A program made the translations under genes and the position numbers. From contig OZ024741.1 in assembly GCA_964016885.1 (NCBI GenBank), positions 195,486,001 through 195,550,000 on the forward strand: a stretch of DNA of 64,000 nucleotides. Reading direction: 5' to 3'. The stretch comes from Eledone cirrhosa (taxonomy: Eukaryota). Positions within the stretch are counted from its first letter, which is position 1; every line of letters begins with the position of its first letter. The notes beneath the pieces are model-generated. The model did no database searches. It was not told where the DNA came from and saw nothing but the letters and a program-made list of their open reading frames with translations. Shown one piece after another: positions 51,767-62,296 of this stretch.

Positions 51767-53642
51767 TGGCTGCCAACTCGTTTTCGAGTACGGCCACTAC
51801 TTTATATCCATGTAGGAGAACCCCTACCGATACGCTGAACGAGTGTGGCTTTTTAGTCCAGCCAGCGACTTGAAAACTCTGGTACAAACATTACACTTGT
51901 GACAATTATTAACACCTAGTGCTGGGTCCATGGTACCATGTGACCCAAGGTATCGTGTGAGATCACTACTCGACCTGCATACCCTGCCACAAACATTACA
52001 TGTCGTCGTCTGATGAACACTTATAGCTCCACAGGTGCCTGCTTCCCTGTTCTTGTGCACTCTCAGGTGACTCTTTAGACCTGCCATGCTCAGACAAACC
52101 CTATTGCAGGTCTCACATGTCAGGTCAGGCCGTCTGTCAGTGCCTTCGGGAAGGCCAACATGGATTCCTTTCCGGACATCTCTTTTTAGTGTCGCGTGTC
52201 TTCTTCTTGTTTCCTCAAATAAACTCTTGCCACTAGCCACTGCTTTCCTCCAATGCGATCGATCGCTAGCGCATGCTTCCCAGTGCTCACAAGGGATGTT
52301 ACTTTTCTTGAGCGCCCCCTTGATGCAGTCCTTAAAACGCATCTTGGGTTTGCTCGCGTTCCTTTTTCCCATTTGGAGCTCGCCATAAATAGCTGCTTCG
52401 GCATCTGCTTGTCATTTATCCTTACAAGATGGCCTGTCCAGCGCAGCTGATGTTTCAAAATCAAGGACTCGACACTATCACAGCCACTTCTGTCCAGAAC
52501 CTCGACGTCACTGACAAACATTTGCCAAGTTATGCCGAGGATCCGACGTAAGCAGTACTGGTGGAACCTCTCAAGTCGCTTCATCTGTCTACGGTAGATC
52601 ACCCATGTCTCACAAGCATAAAGAAGTGCCGCGAGCACACACGCATGATATACTTTGAGCTTTGTCTTTACCGAAATTCCGTGTTGAGACCAGAGACGCT
52701 TGTTCAGTTTTCCAAAAGCATCACTGGCTTTCTGTATCCTGTTTGATATTTCCCCATCAAGATCGCAGGACATACTCGGAGTGCTTCCAAGATATACAAA
52801 ACTGCCAACGACCCTTAGCCTTTCACCATAAACCAAGATGTTGGGCTCACAACATGGCTTCCCAGGGGCTGGTTGATACTTGGCTACTGTGTTTTTCAGG
52901 CTTATGGTATGTCCCAATACAGTACACGCATTAGAAAATGCATCCATGAGATGCTGCATATCAATCTCCGTGTGCGCTACCAGGTCACAGTCATCTGCAT
53001 AAAGCAAATCCCTGATTAGTGACAAGTGAACCTTTGACTTAGCATAGAACCTCCTGATATTAAACAGCTTTCCAGTTGATCGATAGCGAACATATATACC
53101 ATGATTGCAGTTCCCGAAGGCCTGTTCGAAGACAATGGAGAAGTACAAAGCAAAGAGCGTTGGAGCTGGAATGTCACCCTGTTTGACTCCATTCTCGACC
53201 GTCACCGGCTCAGAGAGCTTTCCACCAACATTTACCCATGCCTTCATGTCATCATGGAACAAACGCAAAATGGAAACAAACTTCTCAGGGCACCCCAGCT
53301 TCCTCAAGATATCCCATAAAGCCTTTCTGTTGACCGTGTCAAACGCCTTTGTCAGATCAACAAACACCTGGTAGAGATCCACATTCTGCTCAACACACTT
53401 TTCCTGCAGTTGTCTGGCTGTAAAGATCATGTCCACAGTGCCACGCCCAGCCCGACAGCCCGATTACGACTCTGGTAGAGCTTCATCAGCAATGTGGAGC
53501 AATAAACGGTCCAACAGAATTCTACAGAGAACTTTTCCGACAACAGACAACAGTGATATCCCACGATAGTTTCCGCAGTTATCCCTGACTCCCTTTCCCT
53601 TGTACAAAACAACCATCACAGTATCCTTCCAATCATCAGGAA
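51765..53642 (-). mobile_element. RTE/BovB-like LINE with C-terminal C2H2 fingers, frameshifted
   Basis: NYRGISLLS, DMIFTARQLQEKC, FVDLTKAFD, GVKQG, DLLYADD, YACETW; C-x2-C..H motifs in ORF 51824..52372. Confidence 0.95.
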
Positions 53643-54254
53643 CATATATATATATACACACATATATATAAAATAAATAAATAAACAAACATACACACAC
53701 TCAACCACGCGCATATACTTAAAAAGTACGTAGACATAAGCTGTCACATAAGCGTATATTTATCAACCGGCATAGACAAAATACATACACATGAAGTAAT
53801 AAGAATAAATAAATAAATGAATAAGAACAAAAAATATTCAAAGGCAAAAATAGAAAAATAAAGGATGAAAAAAATAGACAGAGGAAGCGCGTTGACAACG
53901 ATAAGAGGGGGGAGTGGGGAAAACAAATAAAAATAAACAAACACACGAGGTGTGCACTTACATAAAAATACAGATATACAAAATTTTAAAAAATATATAT
54001 ATATACATATACATACATATAAATAAGACTATACAGGCAAAAAACAAAGGCCTATAATCACCGCATACACACAACTAAAAATGTAAACACATACACACAC
54101 ACACACAACATTGAGGGCCGAATAAATTAAATTACCGATATAAAAGACACAGAAGCGAAAAGCGAAAACCAACCAAACAGTGAGTGTGTTCTGTTATTAA
54201 TTCTGGCAATATTACACAAATATGACCTTCCCCAAGTATATATATATATGGTAA

Positions 54255-55350
54255 TACAACAACGCAAAATTATAACTGTACCTGTGTCCAACCAGGAATG
54301 TGTCCGTTGAACAATCAGTGTCTTGAACGCAACATCATATACAAATGTACTATCGAATCGGGTAGCCAGAAGTGGTACTATGTGGGGTCTACAGCTACCT
54401 CCTTCAAATCTCGCCTTTATAAACATCGTTACTCGATAAAACATGAAAACCAGCGTTATATAACAACACTCGCAGACAAGGCTTGGCAGCTGCGAGAAAA
54501 TAACCAACAATTTAACCTAAAATGGGATATAATAGCATCTGCCCCTGCATATTTCAAGGACAGGAATTTTGTAAATTGTGTAACATGGAATTATTTTGTA
54601 TTATGAAATCCAAAAATATTTTATTAAATAACAGAATAGAGCGATCGTTATACTGTAACCATCGCTTGAAATCTACATTTTCATATTACAAACGCTACCA
54701 GGATTGTACGCCTGTCTCCATCTCCGTTTGATTGTCAAAATACATATTAACATTCTCTATTAGTCTTAATTCTATCAACTCTTCTATTCTTTACCATTTA
54801 ATATAAACTGCTATAGATAAAATGAGATTTCTTAATTCAATTCCCTAATGCATATACCAGCAGGCTACCAGCATTGTTGTTATACAGTAGCAGTGAAAAT
54901 CTCCCTCTTCCTTAATTGACACTTTATATCTGTATTAATACTACTACACCAAATGACCAGCCCTGTCCATTGCTCAATTGGTCAAATATAGATTAAAATA
55001 GGCACTCCCAAAAATTCTTATTTAGATAAAATAAGCCATATACTCATTGTATTCTCTTTAAAAACCTTCTATATACTTGTTTACCAGCAAATTGAATTGC
55101 CATCTGTCATATACTATCCCCTCTCTTCTTCCTTTCTTACAACTAATATAAATACTTCAATTTATCTGATTTTTTCCAATTTATCCAATATCTCTGAAGA
55201 AGTGACAACTGATTATACATTTGCTATCGAATACTTGCTAACATTATATGATTACGCAAGCAGCGATACATAGGTATTCCGTCTGTTACAGAAACATATG
55301 TCAATACCTAATAAATTCCTTTATAAAAGCACTTTCATTTTATATTTATC
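54255..55350 (+). mobile_element. Penelope-like element 3' part (Naiad/Neptune-like GIY-YIG)
   Basis: CTC..CPLNNQCLERNIIYKC..YVGSTATSFKSRLYKH..CKLC..CNHR; HHR-like motif downstream. Confidence 0.85.
55189..55306 (+). ncRNA. hammerhead-like motif with long stem II and weak stem I
   Basis: tatct CTGAAGA a gtgaca...tgttac a GAAAC atat GTC aata. Confidence 0.5.
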
Positions 55351-55400
55351 TTTTATATATATATATATGGTGATTATCTCTTTGACCATATATGGAATTG

Positions 55401-55493
55401 CCCCTTGACAAGTTCGGCTATTTAAATACTAGAACTGATTTTTCATTCAGTACAGAATTAGCCGTCGAAACGGCTTGAGCTCAGCCGTCGGGG
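55401..55493 (+). ncRNA. decayed hammerhead ribozyme (core TTGACAA)
   Basis: cccc TTGACAA gttcggcta...tagccgtc GAAAC ggc-ttgagctca-gcc GTC gggg; 3' half repeated at ~45011-45044. Confidence 0.6.
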
Positions 55494-55586
55494 TCTTACT
55501 TACTCCTATTACCCACTCTACTACCCTAAGTATTGAGTACTTTGGTGCGTTATGGTCCACCTGGTTCCTTACCACTTTTCCTTTCG

Positions 55587-55651
<65 letters not shown>

Positions 55652-55692
55652 AAGATATTAATAAATGGAAACTATATTTATAAAACCATATT

Positions 55693-55757
55693 TATTTTAT
55701 TATATATATTTCAAGGGCGACCAAGCCAATCTTGGTGCGCTTTCATCAGATAAAATA
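55693..55757 (-). ncRNA. type I hammerhead ribozyme
   Basis: tattttat CTGATGA aagcgcaccaag-attgg-cttggtcgccctt GAAA tatata TA ataaaata. Confidence 0.85.
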
Positions 55758-55877
55758 CAAAACTTGTTTTATAAATAACGACATACCCATGGAAATCAAC
55801 CTTAACGGTCGGAAATTCGCTGGATAGTTATAAACATTTATGTTTGTCGGAATTCCAACAAATTAAATACAACTTCT

Positions 55878-55953
<76 letters not shown>

Positions 55954-56238
55954 TATAAAGTAAAGCATGTCCAGAGAATTATTTGATAATATATATACAT
56001 CATTTCTTCTCCCAATTAGCATAATTAACCACACAAAAAATCAATTAGACCAGGCTTTAAGATTAAAAGGCACCTATGAAGAAACAGTAAATAAATACAT
56101 GACATCGGCGTCTTCGCGGCCAACCGCTATAGAATATTTACCCAACATTTCAACAGCACGTGGAAATTAATTAAATATACGGTCAACCATACACAATTAG
56201 GTATAAAATTAAAGTTAGAAATGCTTATATACATACCA

Positions 56239-56280
<42 letters not shown>

Positions 56281-56541
56281 GCGTCCCTTAGCGCCTTGTG
56301 CGTGAAGGAACACATATCCTATTATTACTACTCTCCTCTATTGTTGAGAGACAAATTGGGTCGTTCCGACTGCTGCTAGTGATAGTTGCGGCCGGTTTGA
56401 CCTACCTCCCTCTGCCTCTATCTTTACTTCGGCCCTTGAAAAAATTGATTCCACTTCATTCACTCTCATCTCGGGAACAGTTTTGGATAGCGCTAGTTCG
56501 TAATTTAAATTCAAGAATTTTATATTCTTCGAATGAAAAGA

Positions 56542-56624
56542 ACCTTCTGACGAGAATCTTTCTTTGCAACGAAGGCCGTATGGTCTCCGTTTATTTTTGG
56601 GATTCGAAACCGATCGGTAAAGGT
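56542..56624 (+). ncRNA. type I hammerhead ribozyme, unit 1
   Basis: acctt CTGACGA gaatctt...gggattc GAAAC cgatcg GTA aaggt. Confidence 0.92.
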
Positions 56625-57026
56625 AACTATAGTAGGTAAAGTCAATTTTTTAAAATTTATTTTGAAACTTTTTCATTATTTGCTAAACCCTGTTTATATA
56701 TGTTCTGGCTCGTTAATTTATTAACCTGCCATTGAACCACATTGGCATTTGGTTGGACAATACATGCGTCCCTTAGCGCCTTGTGCGTGAAGGAACACAT
56801 ATCCTATTATTACTACTCTCCTCTATTGTTGAGAGACAAATTGGGTCGTTCCGACTGCTGCTAGTGATAGTTGCGGCCGGTTTGACCTACCTCCCTCTGC
56901 CTCTATCTTTACTTCGGCCCTTGAAAAAATTGATTCCACTTCATTCACTCTCATCTCGGGAACAGTTTTGGATAGCGCTAGTTCGTAATTTAAATTCAAG
57001 AATTTTATATTCTTCGAATGAAAAGA

Positions 57027-57109
57027 ACCTTCTGACGAGAATCTTTCTTTGCAACGAAGGCCGTATGGTCTCCGTTTATTTTTGGGATTCGAAACCGATC
57101 GGTAAAGGT
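57027..57109 (+). ncRNA. type I hammerhead ribozyme, unit 2
   Basis: identical to unit 1. Confidence 0.92.
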
Positions 57110-57511
57110 AACTATAGTAGGTAAAGTCAATTTTTTAAAATTTATTTTGAAACTTTTTCATTATTTGCTAAACCCTGTTTATATATGTTCTGGCTCGTTA
57201 ATTTATTAACCTGCCATTGAACCACATTGGCATTTGGTTGGACAATACATGCGTCCCTTAGCGCCTTGTGCGTGAAGGAACACATATCCTATTATTACTA
57301 CTCTCCTCTATTGTTGAGAGACAAATTGGGTCGTTCCGACTGCTGCTAGTGATAGTTGCGGCCGGTTTGACCTACCTCCCTCTGCCTCTATCTTTACTTC
57401 GGCCCTTGAAAAAATTGATTCCACTTCATTCACTCTCATCTCGGGAACAGTTTTGGATAGCGCTAGTTCGTAATTTAAATTCAAGAATTTTATATTCTTC
57501 GAATGAAAAGA

Positions 57512-57594
57512 ACCTTCTGACGAGAATCTTTCTTTGCAACGAAGGCCGTATGGTCTCCGTTTATTTTTGGGATTCGAAACCGATCGGTAAAGGT
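57512..57594 (+). ncRNA. type I hammerhead ribozyme, unit 3
   Basis: identical to unit 1. Confidence 0.92.
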
Positions 57595-57661
57595 AACTAT
57601 AGTAGGTAAAGTCAATTTTTTAAAATTTATTTTGAAACTTTTTCATTATTTGCTAAACCCT

Positions 57662-57724
<63 letters not shown>

Positions 57725-57727
<3 letters not shown>

Positions 57728-59512
57728 TGGCGTAGCTAGGGTAAACGGCGCCCAGGGTAAGCATCGATGTCGTAGTTGTATAGTTCCGCAAGACTGTTGC
57801 ACCTTTGTTTAAGGACAAGGTTATCAGGAGCAGCCAAATAAAACAGATAGTTGACATCAAGAAGAAAGCCAAAACTTGAGTCGGTTACCTTAAGTCGAAT
57901 AAACCGTTCTTCCATTTCTGTTTGAAGACGATTGAGTGAACTTTGCATTGCTCTCTCTATCTCTTTTCTGGCAGTCACCTCGACGTCCTCGGTAATTTCG
58001 GTATTGGTTTGTCGTCTACCTCGCCTTCTCGGAAAATCGGCATTCCATTTCTGGCAGAGGTAGAAGCCCATTTCAAGAGACTCGTGGATTAAGGATGTTC
58101 CTTCTTCTTTAAAATAAAGTTGAAGGGCTCCTATATCAGCTGCAGCATCGTGAAAATTAATTCTTGGATCTTGAAGTCTCTTTTGAACCCGGTCAATTCG
58201 TGAGAGAATCGTGTTCCAGAATCCAATCAAGTTCAGGAATTCATAACTCAGTATCCGATTATGGAGATTACTGGCATCACTTCTACTCTCGCATGTCTCT
58301 GTTTCAACATCACTAATTTTTTCGAGAACTTGAACAATCAGCGTCAAATAATTCGCCACCGGTCTGACTGCGGTACATCTAGCACTCCACCGCGTGTCGG
58401 AAGGATATTTAACAACCACTGGAGCAACTTCTTTACGAGCTTCCCATCGCCGTGGTGAACGAGAAAAAAAGTTGTGTAACGAATCAATGCAACTGAAAAA
58501 GTTCATCATAGCAGAATCGTTTTTGGCTGCATGAAGACCAGCCAGATTAAGTGAATGGTTATCGCAATTAACGAAGTGAATCAAATTATTCTTCTCTCTC
58601 ATTCTCTCTGCTGAACCCCACTGCGGTGCCCAGCCATTGTGGCAGCATTGTTGTAGCACTGCGATCGACAGTTCTGCAGTGGTAGGTCATCTTTTTCTAG
58701 CTCTTTCACGATTGTTTCAACAAGGCTTGCGGCATCTTTTTTGATTACTTGAATGAATCCAAGGAAAGATTTCCTCACAACAACTTCATATTGAAATCAA
58801 CATCGACATATCGCACAACGTTTGACAGTTTTTCTCTGTGCGCCTGGTCAGGGGTCGAATCAATCAGCAGACCATAGTATCTTGCTTTTGGGATACGATT
58901 TAGTAAATTCTGATGAACTGTATTATAGAAGAAAACATTGAACCATCTAACCTGGAGTCAAATTGAATTCCTAATAGAAGCTATCCGATCCTATCTGGCC
59001 ATTTGGATTATGATATCTTTTCTATACGTCTTATGTACCAGTTGTAAAAGACAAACTACTCTGTTTTGTAAACCAGCTTCATAATTAAAATTATCTTGTA
59101 TTGCAATGCATTGCTAAAAATAGCGCCTGCGTGTCCACCAGTTGCACGTCCAAAACTACGTCCCTTCAGTCAGTGTGTGTGTGGGGGGGGGGGGGGGTTG
59201 TGAGGTCAAGTGAGGTATCCGCTGTTTTGCAATGTATAGCTAAAAATAGCGCCCGCATAATTGCAACCCACCCTGTTGTCAGTGTGGAGGCGGGAGGGCG
59301 TTTTTGTGAAGTCAAATCAGACATCTGCTCTGTCTAGTGCACTAGACATGGCGTGGAAGTCGGCTATCAAGAAATCACATGCTTCATTTTTGGTTTATAT
59401 TTTAAAAAATGATAAAAACGACATGGATGTAAATCGATCTAGGTCGAAATTGCGCCCCCCTAAATATGGCGCTCGTGGCATGTGCCCTGCTTGCCACACC
59501 CTAGCTACGCCA

Positions 59513-59515
<3 letters not shown>
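57725..59515 (-). mobile_element. hAT transposon (Tip100-like), internally deleted, inserted in (TA)n
   Basis: perfect 18-bp TIR CAGTGGCGTAGCTAGGGT; YYGLLIDSTPD, FVNCDNHSLNL, DTRWSAR. Confidence 0.92.
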
Positions 59516-59544
<29 letters not shown>

Positions 59545-59548
<4 letters not shown>

Positions 59549-60072
59549 CAAGTAAGTATGTTTTGAAACAGTGAGCAGGTTTGAAATTAGAAAATAGAAT
59601 AGCTTTCACCGTATTTTTTACTAAAGAAATTTTAGCCTGATAATGGGGTTTAGAACCCTCAGATAAATGGAAAAAGATGAGTATTGACGTACATGGGAGT
59701 CGAACCCACATCTTTGGTTATACAGACGACAGTACCATTACACCAACAGAGGGTTCTAAGCCCCTTTATCAGGCTAAAATTTCTTTAGTTAAAAATACGG
59801 TGAAAGCTATTCTATTTTCTAATTTCAAACCTGCTCACTGTTTCAAAACATACTTACTTGTCATTTATACTCGCTAAGAATGTAGCTTCTAATTTGAATG
59901 GAAGGAGATGGGTGATGTGTTGGTGTAATGGTAGCACAGTGGTCTGGATAACCAAAGATGTGGGTTCAACTCCCATGTACGTCAATACTCATCTTTTTCC
60001 ATTTATCTGAGGGTTCTAAACCCCATTATCAGGCTAAAATTTCTTTATTCAAAAATACGGTGAAAGCTATTC

Positions 60073-60083
<11 letters not shown>
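59545..60083. mobile_element. rearranged tRNA-headed SINE-like element: (-) copy, partial (+) copy, (+) copy
   Basis: tgttggtgtaatggtagc..gggttcaactccc at ~59918-59975 and its reverse complement at ~59690-59748; shared body occurs three times. Confidence 0.7.
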
Positions 60084-60123
<40 letters not shown>

Positions 60124-60459
60124 ATACACACACATATATACACTCACGTACTCACATATATATATATATACACACACATATATACACACACACATACAAA
60201 CGTACACATACATACATAAATACGCATGCATACATATACACATTTTGCTCCCTCTTGTCCTCACTTACTCCCCCTCTTGTCCTCACTTACCCACTAGGTT
60301 TTTATGTTCTCACATAGGGCTGTGTGCAGGCGCATTCGCAGACAGACTCATGTCGCAGACAGACTCGTTTATAGTATTTTGATTATTCTTTTGTACATGT
60401 GTGTGTGTGTGTGTGTGTGTGTTTGTGTGTATGTCTGTATGTGTGCGTGTATTTATATG

Positions 60460-60519
<60 letters not shown>

Positions 60520-60562
60520 TTTAGGAATAACCAAAGAGTGCTTAGAAATACATTGTTTTATT

Positions 60563-60609
60563 AGCTAACAGTGTTTCATCCATACCCTAAGGCAGGAATC
60601 ATCAGAGCT
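60563..60609 (-). ncRNA. type I hammerhead ribozyme (mirror copy)
   Basis: agct CTGATGA ttcctgccttagggtatggat GAAAC act GTT agct. Confidence 0.75.
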
Positions 60610-61441
60610 TATAAACAAGAGTATATCAATAGTTGCATGCTCCATCAAGCTGCGTCACCAGGACAAGGTTAAAGGACCAGCAGAGGGGTCCCGAGGCCAG
60701 AGCTATATGGAAAAAGACACAATACATGACGCACATAATGTCATAAAATGTCATAAAAAATTACATAAAAAATTACATAAAAAATGTATCACTTAAATGG
60801 TGCAATAGATGATAAGGAGGTTGGGAGAGGATAGCAAGGAATGAGTGAAGGTGTTACTCAGCATGATCAAAAACAATAATAAAAAACAATAAAAAACAGG
60901 GAAACAAAGAACAAAAAAAAAAAAAAAACAAAGCAAAGCATAGATACATCAAAGCACAAGCAGTGCAAATACAGCGGTGGTGCAGCTTTACATGTAAAGC
61001 TGCACCACCGCTAACCAACTATCCTTCTCACAGACTCATGCTTGCAAGCTCTCTTAATCTGCCTGTACATCCTGTATTTACACTGCTTGTGCTTTGATGT
61101 ATCTATGCTTTGCTTTGTTTTGGGGGGTTTTTTTGTTTCTTTGTTTGTTATTGTTTTTTTTTAATTGTTTTTGATCATGCTGAGTAACACCTTCACTCAT
61201 TCCTTGCTACCCTCTCCCAACCTCCTTATCATTTATTGCACCATTTAAGTGATACATTTTTAATGAAATTTTTTATGTAATTTTTGATTTAATTTTTTAT
61301 GACATTTTAAGACATTATGTGCGTCATGTATTGTCTTTTTCCATATAGCGCTAGCCTCGTGACCCTCCTGCTGGTCCTTTAACCTTGTTCTGGTGACGTA
61401 GCTTGATGGAGCATGCAACTATTGATATACTCTTGTTTATA

Positions 61442-61488
61442 GGCTCTGATGATTCCTGCCATAGGGTATGGATGAAACACTGTTAGCT
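61442..61488 (+). ncRNA. type I hammerhead ribozyme
   Basis: ggct CTGATGA ttcctgccatagggtatggat GAAAC act GTT agct. Confidence 0.75.
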
Positions 61489-61669
61489 AATAAAACAATG
61501 TATTTCTAAGCACTCTTTGGTTATTCCTAAACCTATAACGTCTCTGTAGTATACTAGTTATCCTACATTGAGCTAAAACCACACTGTCATACCAAGGGCA
61601 ATATATCTGCGTGTCTGGGCACATTGATATACTTGTCAACGAAACTATATATATATATTTATTTATATA

Positions 61670-61712
<43 letters not shown>

Positions 61713-61804
61713 GTAGAACACTGGAAGGTAATATCCGTAGTGGTAGAGCACTCAGTCCATGGGACGAGTTAGGTTCAAGTGGTTACACAACAGTTAGTTC
61801 ACCA

Positions 61805-61847
61805 TACCGTGAACAATTGTTTCACCTTAGCGGATCCTCAGCTCGTA
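61805..61847 (-). ncRNA. minimal hammerhead ribozyme (mirror copy, stem I mismatched)
   Basis: tacgag CTGAGGA tccgctaaggt GAAAC aatt GTT cacggta. Confidence 0.65.
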
Positions 61848-61937
61848 ATGGGCATGGTTATACGGAACAGGAAGGACGGGTTTCTGCGCATGCGCGTTCG
61901 TACGGTTGTCCTTCCGGTTCCGTATAACCATGCCCAT

Positions 61938-61980
61938 TACGAGCTGAGGATCCGCTAAGGTGAAACAATTGTTCTCCGTA
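61938..61980 (+). ncRNA. minimal hammerhead ribozyme
   Basis: tacgag CTGAGGA t cc-gctaa-gg t GAAAC aatt GTT ctccgta. Confidence 0.78.
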
Positions 61981-62006
61981 TGGTGAACTAACTGTTGTGT
62001 AACCAC

Positions 62007-62071
<65 letters not shown>

Positions 62072-62296
62072 TATAGATAGATTTCTTTATTTACCATAAA
62101 GGCATAAAAAGAAGGGACAAATACAAAGGGGGAGTTTACATATAATCGAGTAAAAAGGGTGTAACATGAAAATAATCGAAAATAACCTCAAAAGGGAGGG
62201 GACGTGATGGGGGTTGCACACACCCCCGAAAAAGTGTGCAATCCTTTTCCCGGGGAGCACATGGAGAAGGTGCTCCCCTCTCCTTTACTTCTTTAC

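Larger units (their letters stand above)
56276..57671 (+). mobile_element. 485-bp tandem array (~2.9 copies), candidate non-LTR retrozyme
   Basis: units start at 56276, 56761, 57246; no differences seen; one HHR per unit; (TA)n on both sides. Confidence 0.85.
60515..61536. repeat. large foldback (arms ~60515-60974 and ~61072-61536)
   Basis: arms reverse-complementary with scattered mismatches. Confidence 0.95.
61777..62008. repeat. foldback (arms 61777-61877 and 61908-62008) in a (TA)n-flanked cassette
   Basis: arms reverse-complementary with a few mismatches. Confidence 0.95.

Noticed and set aside
56298-56639. 113-aa ORF repeated three times
   Set aside because: Non-ATG start, no recognisable domain, overlaps the ribozyme; a by-product of the repeat
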